A DNA stretch of 12,439 nt from Candidatus Krumholzibacteriia bacterium. GTDB taxonomy: Bacteria > Krumholzibacteriota > Krumholzibacteriia > LZORAL124-64-63. Positions 1 to 7,323 of the stretch are shown here, in pieces; the stretch's first letter is position 1, and the number at the start of each line of letters is the position of its first letter. Made by a program: the position numbers and the translations under genes. Location: assembly GCA_046484865.1 (NCBI GenBank), contig JAWOID010000032.1, positions 1 to 12,439 of the forward strand, in the 5' to 3' direction. The notes below the pieces were generated by a model that did not search any database, was not told the origin of the DNA, and saw nothing but the letters and a program-made list of their open reading frames with translations.

Positions 1-339
1 CGGTCGCGATCTGGCTGTTGCACATCCCGCCGGTGACCTTGGTCATCAGCTGGGGGAGGATCTCGGGTTTCTTCAGCCAGTAGGTGGTGGCGAAGGTCTG
101 TGAACTGAAGGTGACACCGCAGTGGAGACAGCGAAACCTGCGGATACGCTGCGGGTAGGCGACGCGGAGATAGGAGCCCATGCGCTTGAACCGCCAGCCT
201 GGCTGCAAGGGGTTGTGGTACTTGCAGGTAGACGACGGGCAGTGGGGTGGCGTCCAGCGCGGGTGGCTGAGTTCGTAGGTGTCCATGCCCGCCGGACTGC
301 AGGACCGGGGCCGGAAACATTCTTCGTGGAATAACTCAC
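1..339 (-). mobile_element. IS-like element, left end and start of transposase-like gene (runs off the window edge)
   Basis: Reverse complement of 339-101 aligns without gaps to 6932-7170 (first 35 nt identical, about 83% identity by hand count). It begins with the terminal repeat GTGAGTTATTCCACGAAGAATGTTTCCGGCCCC, which has an inverted partner at 7291-7323. Confidence 0.8.
2..286 (-). CDS. Putative transposase, N-terminal 95 aa (CPxxxC...CxxC zinc finger followed by probable HTH start; IS1/IS1595-like architecture), partial
   Basis: Not in the ORF track because it has no stop within the window. ATG at 286 gives MDTYELSHPRWTPPHCPSSTCKYHNPLQPGWRFKRMGSYLRVAYPQRIRRFRCLHCGVTFSSQTFATTYWLKKPEILPQLMTKVTGGMCNSQIAT. 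It starts 53 nt inside the terminal repeat. Confidence 0.7.
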   Translation of the reverse strand, partial: MDTYELSHPRWTPPHCPSSTCKYHNPLQPGWRFKRMGSYLRVAYPQRIRRFRCLHCGVTFSSQTFATTYWLKKPEILPQLMTKVTGGMCNSQIAT

Positions 340-348
340 AAGTTACAC

Positions 349-375
349 TCAACTGGAGGATCGGAATGCCGATCC
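349..375 (+). promoter_or_regulatory. Putative sigma-28 (FliA)-type promoter with overlapping short palindrome
   Basis: TCAA(349-352)-N15-GCCGAT(368-373) fits the TAAA/TCAA-N15-GCCGATAA consensus and lies upstream of the HDOD gene. It is overlapped by the perfect inverted repeat GGATCGG-AATG-CCGATCC (358-375). Confidence 0.45.
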
Positions 376-425
376 CTATCCCGTAGTCCACACCCCCATC
401 GCCCACCCCCACTCGAGGTTCGACC

Positions 426-2396
426 TTGGGCACGAGGGACCGACAGCCAGATGACAGCAGGGCCACAACCGCCCTGGCGCCGGACACGACGACCGCCGAT
501 CCGGAGGTCCTCGCCGCCGTCCGCACGGGACTCGCCGAGCTCAATACACTGCAGAAGGTCAGCGACTTCCCCATCTTCTTCGCCCGCCTCGCGGCCCGCG
601 GCGATCTCCGCATGCTGCTGTTGAAGCGCTGGAATTCGGGTCTCCAGGTGCTCATGGAGGAGGGCGTGACGCTGCCCAGCGAGGTGAGGCGACGGCGACC
701 GGACGGGCGAGCGCCGATCCCCGTCGCGCCCGGCGATCTCTTCGCCGCGGTGGGCGAGGAGGTCGCGGTCTACAGCGGTCCGGTGCCGGTCAAGCACTTC
801 CCGCTCGACCTCACGCTGCTGCTGGGACGCGGCAGCAGCGAGCGGCGCATCGTCGTGCTGCCGCTGCCGGCTCGCGATCGGTGGAACAGCTTCGTCTACC
901 TGGATGCCGAGCGACGGGGGCAAAGGACGCTGGCGGCCGCGGAACTGCTGGCGCAATACGCACTGGCCCGGCTGAAGCTCCTGGAGCGGGGGGAACAGAG
1001 CCGGGACGGGCGCGTCGTGCAGATCCTCCGCGAGGAGGAGCACCGTCGGCGACATGGGCGCGCTCCGGACGGAGCCGACGCCGGGACGGCCGATCCCGGG
1101 CCGCTGCCGGATCCGTTCGCACCCACCGACGAGGACGGTGCGACGGTCGCTCCGGCCTTGTCCGGCGCCGAATCGGCGCAGGCATCGGCGGATCGACCGG
1201 CCCCTGGCACCGACGATCACCCGGCCGTCAGCGAGGACGGCTCCGCGGCGGGGCCCACGTTCGTGATCTCGCCCCGGCGTCTTTCGCGGGTATCGGCTGT
1301 CGGCCAGCTCTCGGAGGCGGAGGTCAGCGCGGCCCGGGTCCAGGCCGAGGAGATCGTCCGCAAGTGGGAGGAGGCGGTGCTCAACCCCCGGACCGCGGCG
1401 GCACGGAGAGACGACGGGACTGACGGGACCGCGGCCGACCTGTCGGGTGACCCGGATGTGATGCCGGAGGGCGCGGCGCCGGCGGCAGTCGCGGGGGACG
1501 GAGGCCGGGACGATGCGATAGGCGCCGACGACCTGGTCGGCGAGTTCGTCGCGAGCGGGCGAGAGCTCAGTCCCGGCGATATCCTGCACGCCAGCGGTGA
1601 GTTGCCCGCGTTGCCCAAGGCCGCCTGCCACATCATGGCGGTGATCGAGGACCCCCGCACGACCGCCACCAGGCTGGAGAAGGCGATCGCCCTCGACCAG
1701 GCGCTCACCGCGAAGGTCCTGCGCGTGGCGAACAGCCCCTTCTACGGTGCGGTGCGGGAGATCAAGACCGTCAGCGAGGCCATCGTGCGCCTCGGCTTCG
1801 TGACGATCCGCAACTGGGCCCTGGTCACCGCCACGAAGTCGGTCTTCCTCTCACCCGGTGCGGGCATCCTGTTCCAGAAGATCTGGCGCCAGTCGGTGAT
1901 GTCGGCCATGGCCACCCAGCTCGTCGCGCAGACCATGCACCTGCGTGATTCGGAGTCGCTCTTCGTCGGCGGACTGATGCAGAACATCGGGCAACTCGTG
2001 CTCGCCCGCAGTCAGCCAGAGCTGTTCCACCACGTCGTGGAAGTCAGCGCGCGCCGGTCACGGCCGTATCATGAGGTGGAGCGTGCGGTCATCGGCTTCG
2101 ATCACGGCGAACTCGGTGCGCTGCTGATCAAGGAATGGAATCTGAGCGAGGAACTGGAGGAGGCGGTGCGCTGGCACCACCGATTCGAGCATCCGGACGC
2201 GCAGAACGTTCGCGCGGCGGCGATCATCGCGCTCGGGGAGGAGATCGCCGCGTGCACCGGCGCCGAGCCCGGCGAGGAGGTGGCCCGTCACGAGGCGAGC
2301 GCACCAGCGCGCTTCCTCAAGGTCACCGAGGAGACCTACCGGACCCTCTCCGACCGCTCGCGGGACCTGGCCATCGATTCCGCCTTCTTCGCCTGA
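426..2396 (+). CDS. HDOD-domain signalling protein with N-terminal GAF-like region and long acidic/Ala-Pro linker
   Basis: C-terminal ELPALP...IALDQALTAKVLRVANSPFYG...IKTVSEAIVRLG...GFDHGELGALLIKEWNL...EAVRWHH is typical HDOD. TTG start with GAGGT 6 nt upstream; strong GC3 bias. Confidence 0.9.
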   Translation: MGTRDRQPDDSRATTALAPDTTTADPEVLAAVRTGLAELNTLQKVSDFPIFFARLAARGDLRMLLLKRWNSGLQVLMEEGVTLPSEVRRRRPDGRAPIPVAPGDLFAAVGEEVAVYSGPVPVKHFPLDLTLLLGRGSSERRIVVLPLPARDRWNSFVYLDAERRGQRTLAAAELLAQYALARLKLLERGEQSRDGRVVQILREEEHRRRHGRAPDGADAGTADPGPLPDPFAPTDEDGATVAPALSGAESAQASADRPAPGTDDHPAVSEDGSAAGPTFVISPRRLSRVSAVGQLSEAEVSAARVQAEEIVRKWEEAVLNPRTAAARRDDGTDGTAADLSGDPDVMPEGAAPAAVAGDGGRDDAIGADDLVGEFVASGRELSPGDILHASGELPALPKAACHIMAVIEDPRTTATRLEKAIALDQALTAKVLRVANSPFYGAVREIKTVSEAIVRLGFVTIRNWALVTATKSVFLSPGAGILFQKIWRQSVMSAMATQLVAQTMHLRDSESLFVGGLMQNIGQLVLARSQPELFHHVVEVSARRSRPYHEVERAVIGFDHGELGALLIKEWNLSEELEEAVRWHHRFEHPDAQNVRAAAIIALGEEIAACTGAEPGEEVARHEASAPARFLKVTEETYRTLSDRSRDLAIDSAFFA

Positions 2397-2486
2397 CCCT
2401 CCTGTCGTGCCCGGGAAAATGTGTCTGGAACCGCGCAGGCTCCGGCCTCGATGGCCGGTTTGCCGCAACGGATGAGGTCGCCTCGC

Positions 2487-3206
2487 TCAGGAATCCCGAG
2501 AATCGCGACGGGCGGACCGACGTGCGGCGAACGCGGTGGGGGGAGACGGGGCGGCTGTCGCAGCCACTTCGCCACCGGCTCGAAGATCGATGCTCGCGCC
2601 TGCCTCAGTACGGGCCTCGTGGTCACCGGGCCGGGCGAGGTCTTCTGCGGGCGGCTCGAAGTGCATGCGGCAGCGGGCCTCGTAAGTGCCGGCGGCGCCC
2701 ACCACGATCTGGTCGCGGCTGGCGGTCAAGCGCTGCGTGAAGTTGGCCGGCTCGCCGCAGGTCATGCAGATGGCGAGCTGCTTGGTCACGAACTCGGCCG
2801 AGGCGATGAGGAACGGCATGGGCCCGAACGGCCGTCCGCGGTAGTCGAGATCCAGCCCCGCCACGATGACCCGCTTGCCCTGGTTGGCCAGCCGGTTGCA
2901 GACCTCCAGGATGCCGTCGTCGAAGAACTGCCCTTCGTCCACCGCCACGAGTTCCGTGCGATCGTCCACCTGCGCGAGCACATCGTCGCTGTGGCTCACG
3001 GCCACGCCCGGCAGACTCTGCTGGCTGTGGGAGACGATCTGACTCTCGTCATACCGGGCGTCAACGGCGTGCTTGAAGATCTGCACGCGCAGGCGGGCGA
3101 TCTGCGCCCGGCGCAGTCGGCGAATGAGCTCCTCGCTCTTGCCCGAGAACATGGGACCGCAGATGATCTCGATCCACCCCGAGCGGCGGTTCATGAGCTG
3201 GTGCAT
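2487..3206 (-). CDS. tdk: Thymidine kinase (TK1-like) with a low-complexity C-terminal tail
   Basis: [22 protein letters not shown]-loop, [25 protein letters not shown], zinc-binding CMTCG...[11 protein letters not shown] at 3206 has a GGAG RBS; the ORF-track extension to 4154 is shadow. Confidence 0.96.
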   Translation of the reverse strand: MHQLMNRRSGWIEIICGPMFSGKSEELIRRLRRAQIARLRVQIFKHAVDARYDESQIVSHSQQSLPGVAVSHSDDVLAQVDDRTELVAVDEGQFFDDGILEVCNRLANQGKRVIVAGLDLDYRGRPFGPMPFLIASAEFVTKQLAICMTCGEPANFTQRLTASRDQIVVGAAGTYEARCRMHFEPPAEDLARPGDHEARTEAGASIDLRAGGEVAATAAPSPPTAFAARRSARRDSRDS

Positions 3207-3259
3207 GTGAGACTCCGTTGGGTGCCTGCCCCGACGACCGTCGCGCCGCCGGGGACTCC

Positions 3260-3288
3260 AATCTACACCACCGCGGGATCGAGGCCAA
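3260..3288 (-). promoter_or_regulatory. Putative sigma-70 promoter for tdk
   Basis: Minus strand TTGGCC (3288-3283) - 17 nt - TAGATT (3265-3260), about 55 nt upstream of the tdk start. Confidence 0.5.
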
Positions 3289-3290
3289 GG

Positions 3291-3320
3291 GCGGCCGTGG
3301 ATCCGGCGGCCGTGGATTCG
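3291..3320. repeat. 15-bp tandem direct repeat between divergent promoters
   Basis: GCGGCCGTGGATCCG / GCGGCCGTGGATTCG (14/15). Confidence 0.7.
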
Positions 3321-3347
3321 TCCGCTCCCGGAAAACGGACTTCGATG

Positions 3348-3376
3348 CTGCCAGTCGCGCGGCCGTGCGATACAAT
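3348..3376 (+). promoter_or_regulatory. Putative sigma-70 promoter for the btpA-rml operon (probably leaderless transcript)
   Basis: CTGCCA (3348-3353) - 17 nt - TACAAT (3371-3376). ATG 3384 lies 7 nt after the -10 box and has no RBS. Confidence 0.55.
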
Positions 3377-3383
3377 GCCGTTC

Positions 3384-4265
3384 ATGCTGTCTCGCGCCGC
3401 ATTCGCCGCCCTGCTGCCCACGCCGGTCATCGGCATGGTCCATCTCGCCCCCCTGCCGGGCTCTTCGGAGTACGGCGGCGACCTGGACGAGGTGCTGCGG
3501 GCCGCCCTGCGCGACGCCGCGGCCCTGCGGGAGGGCGGCGTGGGGGCGGTGCTGGTGGAGAATTTCCACGATGCGCCCTTCCATCCGGGACGGGTGCCGC
3601 CGGTGACCGTCGCCTGTCTGGCGGTGGTGGTGCGCACCTTGCGAACTGCGCACCCGGAACTGCCCGTGGGCGTGAACGTGCTGCGCAACGACGCGGAGGC
3701 GGCGCTGGCGGTGGCGGCGGCGACGGGAGCGGCGTTCGTGCGGGTGAACGTGCACGCGGGAGCGGCGGTCACCGATCAGGGCCTCATCGGGGGGCGAGCC
3801 CACCGGACGCTGCGCCTGCGGCGAGATCTCGGCCTCGCTCCCGGCGACGCGGCCGGCGGGGTGGCGATCCTCGCGGACCTGCGGGTGAAGCACGCCCGGC
3901 CGCTCGCCGAGCGGCCGCTGGCGGAGGAGGCGCAGGATCTTCGCCGGCGCGGTCGCGCCGACGTGATCATCGTGACGGGTGTGGCGACGGGTGCCGGCGT
4001 GGCGGCCGGGGATCTGATGGAGACGCGCCGCGCCGTGCCGGACGCGCCGCTGCTGGCGGGCAGCGGCGTGACGACGGCCACCGCCTTCGAGCTGGCGGCC
4101 CTGGCCGATGGCTGCATCGTGGGTACGGCGCTGAAGGCCGAGGGCGACATGCAAGCGCCCGTCTCCGTGGCGCGCACGCGGGACCTGGTGTCCGCCTGGG
4201 TCGCCGGGCGGCAGGCGGCCCGCGAACCGGGCTCGGTCAACGCAACCGGAGGGACGAAGCGATGA
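3384..4265 (+). CDS. BtpA/SgcQ family TIM-barrel protein
   Basis: [76 protein letters not shown] motifs. Start is 3384 or 3375; the ORF-track extension from 2421 is antisense to tdk. Confidence 0.92.
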   Translation: MLSRAAFAALLPTPVIGMVHLAPLPGSSEYGGDLDEVLRAALRDAAALREGGVGAVLVENFHDAPFHPGRVPPVTVACLAVVVRTLRTAHPELPVGVNVLRNDAEAALAVAAATGAAFVRVNVHAGAAVTDQGLIGGRAHRTLRLRRDLGLAPGDAAGGVAILADLRVKHARPLAERPLAEEAQDLRRRGRADVIIVTGVATGAGVAAGDLMETRRAVPDAPLLAGSGVTTATAFELAALADGCIVGTALKAEGDMQAPVSVARTRDLVSAWVAGRQAAREPGSVNATGGTKR

Positions 4266-4993
4266 AGGGCGTCGTGCTGGCGGGTGGGCTGGGCAGCCGC
4301 CTGTACCCGTGCACCAAGATCACCAACAAGCACCTGCTGCCGGTCTTCGACCGGCCGATGATCTACTACCCTCTCGAGGCGCTGGTGAACGCGGGGATCG
4401 ACGAGGTCTTGATCGTCACCGGCGGGCAGTTCGCGGGCGACTTCCTGCAACTCCTGGGCAACGGCAAGGAACTCGGGCTGCGCGACCTGCACTACACCTA
4501 CCAGGAGGGCGAGGGCGGGATCGCGGACGCCCTGCGCTTGGCCGAGGACTTCGCGGACGGTGGCAAGCTGTGCGTCGTGCTCGGCGACAACATCGTCGAG
4601 CGCTCGATCCGTTCGGCCGTCGAGGCCTTCGACCGGCAGCCCGAGGGAGCCCGTATCCTGCTCAAGCAGGTCCCCGACCCGCAGCGCTTCGGCGTGCCGG
4701 TGCTGGAGAACGGGCGCATCGTGCGCGTGGAGGAGAAGCCGAGCCGCCCGGCCACACCCTACGCGGTGACGGGGATCTACTTCTACGATCGCCGGGTGTT
4801 CGACTTCATCGGCACCCTCAAGCCCAGCGCCCGCGGCGAGCTGGAGATCTCGGACGTCAACAACATGTACATCGATGCGGGTCTCCTGGAGTGGAGCGAA
4901 CTGGAAGGCTGGTGGACGGACGCGGGGACGTTCCCGAGCCTCCTGCATGCCAGCAACCTGGTCGCCGAGGGCGGGGCCAACCGCTCCGAATGA
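4262..4993 (+). CDS. rfbA: Glucose-1-phosphate thymidylyltransferase (short RmlA/SpsI-type sugar-phosphate nucleotidyltransferase)
   Basis: [77 protein letters not shown] overlap with the upstream stop. Confidence 0.9.
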   Translation: MKGVVLAGGLGSRLYPCTKITNKHLLPVFDRPMIYYPLEALVNAGIDEVLIVTGGQFAGDFLQLLGNGKELGLRDLHYTYQEGEGGIADALRLAEDFADGGKLCVVLGDNIVERSIRSAVEAFDRQPEGARILLKQVPDPQRFGVPVLENGRIVRVEEKPSRPATPYAVTGIYFYDRRVFDFIGTLKPSARGELEISDVNNMYIDAGLLEWSELEGWWTDAGTFPSLLHASNLVAEGGANRSE

Positions 4994-5109
4994 ACCACGG
5001 CGCGTGGGCCCGTCGACCGCCGGCCGACGCTGACGCCGAAGCCGACGCCGACGCCGGCCGTCACGGACCGGGCGGCGGCCGACGCGGGGAAGGAACGACA
5101 ACCCGATGA
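4990..5109 (+). CDS. Possible 39-aa bridging ORF (low complexity)
   Basis: ATG overlaps the rfbA stop (ATGA 4990-4993) and its TGA overlaps the rfbB start (ATGA 5106-5109). Encodes [39 protein letters not shown]. Confidence 0.3.
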   Translation: MNHGAWARRPPADADAEADADAGRHGPGGGRRGEGTTTR

Positions 5110-6188
5110 ACATCCTCGTCACCGGCGGCGCCGGTTTCATCGGATCGAACTGGGTGCGGCTCTTGCTGGCGGAGAGCGACGACCGCGTGGTGAACCTGGA
5201 CCTGCTCACCTACGCCGGCAACCTGGAGAACCTGGCGGGTCTCGAGGACCATCCACGCTACCGGTTCGTGCGCGGCGATATCGGCGACGCGAAGCTGCTG
5301 GCAACGTTGCTGCCGGAGGAATCGATCGACGCGGTGGTCCACTTCGCAGCCGAGAGCCACGTGGACCGTTCGATCGAGGCGCCACGCATCTTTCTCGAGA
5401 CGAACACGCTGGGCACGCAGACGCTGCTGGAAGCCGCCCGCCGCTCCGGCGTGCGGCGCTTCGTCCTCGTCTCCACCGACGAGGTCTACGGGACCCTCGG
5501 GGCGGAAGGGCTCTTCACCGAGGATTCGCCCCTGCGGCCGAACTCTCCGTACGCGGCCAGCAAGGCCGCCGCCGATCTGGTCGGCCGCGCCTACTTCGAG
5601 ACCTTCGCGCTTCCCGTCATGATCACCCGCTGCAGCAACAACTACGGACCGTACCAGTTTCCCGAGAAGCTGATCCCGCTGATGATCGCCAACGCCCTCG
5701 AGGGCAAGCCGCTGCCTGTCTACGGCGACGGTCGCAACGTGCGTGACTGGATCCACGTCGAGGACCATTGTCGGGCCGTGGACCTGGTGCTGCGCCGAGG
5801 GCGGCCCGGCGCGGTCTACAACGTGGGCGCCGACGGCGAACTGGCGAACATCGATCTCGTGCGCCTGCTGCTGGCGAAGCTGGACAGGAGCGAGGATCTC
5901 ATCACGTTCGTTACCGATCGGCCGGGCCACGACCGCCGCTACGCCATCGACGCCTCGCGCATCCGTTCGGAACTGGGCTGGCGCCCGCGCATCGACTTTC
6001 CCACCGGGCTCGAGCGAACGATCACGTGGTACCGGGAGCACCGCGACTGGTGGGAGAAGATCCGGAGCGGCGCTTATCGCGACGACTACGAGCGCATGTA
6101 CGGTGCGGGCGGACGGTACGCTGCCCCGGGGAACGCCGGCTCCGGCGCCGATCCCGGCGCCGCACCTCGGCCGGGGAGAGACGATTGA
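5106..6188 (+). CDS. rfbB: dTDP-glucose 4,6-dehydratase
   Basis: ILVTGGAGFIGSN, DLLTYAGNLENL, HFAAESHVDRSI, VSTDEVYG, SPYAASKA, RCSNNYGPYQFPEKLIP, RDWIHVEDH, DRPGHDRRYAID. Confidence 0.97.
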   Translation: MNILVTGGAGFIGSNWVRLLLAESDDRVVNLDLLTYAGNLENLAGLEDHPRYRFVRGDIGDAKLLATLLPEESIDAVVHFAAESHVDRSIEAPRIFLETNTLGTQTLLEAARRSGVRRFVLVSTDEVYGTLGAEGLFTEDSPLRPNSPYAASKAAADLVGRAYFETFALPVMITRCSNNYGPYQFPEKLIPLMIANALEGKPLPVYGDGRNVRDWIHVEDHCRAVDLVLRRGRPGAVYNVGADGELANIDLVRLLLAKLDRSEDLITFVTDRPGHDRRYAIDASRIRSELGWRPRIDFPTGLERTITWYREHRDWWEKIRSGAYRDDYERMYGAGGRYAAPGNAGSGADPGAAPRPGRDD

Positions 6189-6892
6189 GCCCGAGCACCA
6201 CGCTGCCGGACGGTCGGAAGGTGACGCTCGCGGACGAGATCCACGACCGCGTCAGCGCAGAGGTCGTCGTCGCCGAGGGGGCGGCGGTTCGCCCCGAGCC
6301 GGCCGTCCAGGCGGAGACCGCGGCGCTGGCCCGGCGCCTGCGCGCAGAGCATGCCGGCCGCCGGCCGGGCGAGATCCCGGGTCTCCAGGAGGCGCGCAAG
6401 CTCTACAATGCGTTCGGGATGGAGCCCACCCGCTACCGTCCGAGCTCGGAGGCGCTGCTGCGCCGCGTGCTGCAGGAGAAGGAGATCACCGCCGTCAACA
6501 ACGCCGTGGACTGCGGGAACCTGGCGGCACTCAGCTTCCTCTTGCCCCTGGGGCTGTACGATCTCGATCGCGTGGAGGGCGACGTGGTGCTCCGCGTCGG
6601 CCGCCCGGGCGAGGAGTACCCGGGCATCCGCAAGGGTGCCGTCCACCTCGAGGGACGGCTCGGCCTCTTCGATGCGGCCGGACCGTTCGGTTCTCCGACC
6701 AGCGACTCGTTGCGCACCTCCGTGCAGGCTGGGACCACCCGCTTGCTCGCGGTGATCATGGCCACCGCCGGCTACCCGCCGGATCGTCTGGCCGCTCACG
6801 CCGGCATGCTCGGCGATCTCTGCACCCGACACTGCCGCGCCCGTACCGTGGTGCACCACCGGCTGGCCGTCGCTACGGCCGGAGCGCCGTGA
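6185..6892 (+). CDS. Stand-alone B3/4 domain protein (PheRS beta-subunit editing-domain homologue)
   Basis: ARKLYNAFGMEPTRYRPSSEALLRRV, VNNAVDCGNLAAL, LPLGLYDLDRVEG, GRPGEEYPGI, DAAGPFGSPTSDS. TTG at 6185 overlaps the rfbB stop and has GGGGAGAG upstream. Confidence 0.88.
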   Translation: MSPSTTLPDGRKVTLADEIHDRVSAEVVVAEGAAVRPEPAVQAETAALARRLRAEHAGRRPGEIPGLQEARKLYNAFGMEPTRYRPSSEALLRRVLQEKEITAVNNAVDCGNLAALSFLLPLGLYDLDRVEGDVVLRVGRPGEEYPGIRKGAVHLEGRLGLFDAAGPFGSPTSDSLRTSVQAGTTRLLAVIMATAGYPPDRLAAHAGMLGDLCTRHCRARTVVHHRLAVATAGAP

Positions 6893-6934
6893 GGGCCCGC
6901 GGGTTCCGCCCCGGCGCGGCGGCCGCTCTCGGTG
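6889..6934 (+). pseudogene. Displaced native 5' end of ggt (signal-peptide n-region MRARGFRPGAAAALG)
   Basis: GTG at 6889 overlaps the B3/4 stop (GTGA) and has GGAG at 6881-6884. It joins the ggt ORF in frame when the 6932/6935-7320/7323 element is removed. Confidence 0.7.
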
Positions 6935-7323
6935 AGTTATTCCACGAAGAATGTTTCCGGCCCCGGACCTGCAATCTGGCCGGCATGGACAACCACGAAT
7001 CCGACGATCCCCGCTGGACGCCGCCCCACTGCCCGGCGCCTAGTTGCAAGTACCACAATCCTTTGCAGCCGGCCTGGCGGTACCAGCGCATGGGCTCGCA
7101 TCTCCGCCTCGCCGAACCCATCCGTATCCGCAGGTTTCGCTGCATCCACCGTAACGTCACCTTCAGTTCACGGGTGTTCGCTGCGATGGCTTCAGCACTC
7201 GCGGGGGAGGTCAGGACCTCGGGCGCGGAAGGTGTACCGGTGCCACGACTTGACGTACGCGGGTAAAGGGGCAGCTCGGCATCATGGCAAGGAGCCGGAA
7301 ACAATTTCCGTGGAATAACCCTC
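6932..7323 (+). mobile_element. Internally deleted, non-autonomous (MITE-like) IS derivative, about 390 bp
   Basis: Terminal inverted repeats 6932-6964 and 7291-7323 match at 27/33 positions. Left 240 bp is homologous to the element at 101-339. Candidate 9-bp target duplication CTCTCGGTG (6926-6934) / CTCTTGGTG (7321-7329). Confidence 0.85.
6985..7266 (+). pseudogene. Truncated transposase remnant (zinc-finger N-terminus, catalytic region deleted)
   Basis: MDNHESDDPRWTPPHCPAPSCKYHNPLQPAWRYQRMGSHLRLAEPIRIRRFRCIHRNVTFSS... parallels the copy at 2-286 for about 62 codons and then diverges. The fourth Cys has changed to Arg. Confidence 0.75.

Noticed and set aside
73..339. ORF-track proteins MSYSTKNVSGPGPA (73-339 and 6932-7318) and their antisense ORFs (122-334, 6937-7149)
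   Set aside because: Their similarity only reflects the duplicated DNA. The zinc-finger frame starting 53 nt inside is the plausible coding frame.
2421..4154. Long overlapping antisense ORFs (614 aa and 555 aa) as fusion proteins
   Set aside because: Each is a real gene (btpA-like or tdk) plus a stop-free shadow of the other, as expected at high GC. The real starts and promoters lie in 3206-3384.
6936..6946. DnaA box in the terminal repeat (GTTATTCCACG)
   Set aside because: At best a 7/9 match to TTWTNCACA, and it is explained as part of the element end.
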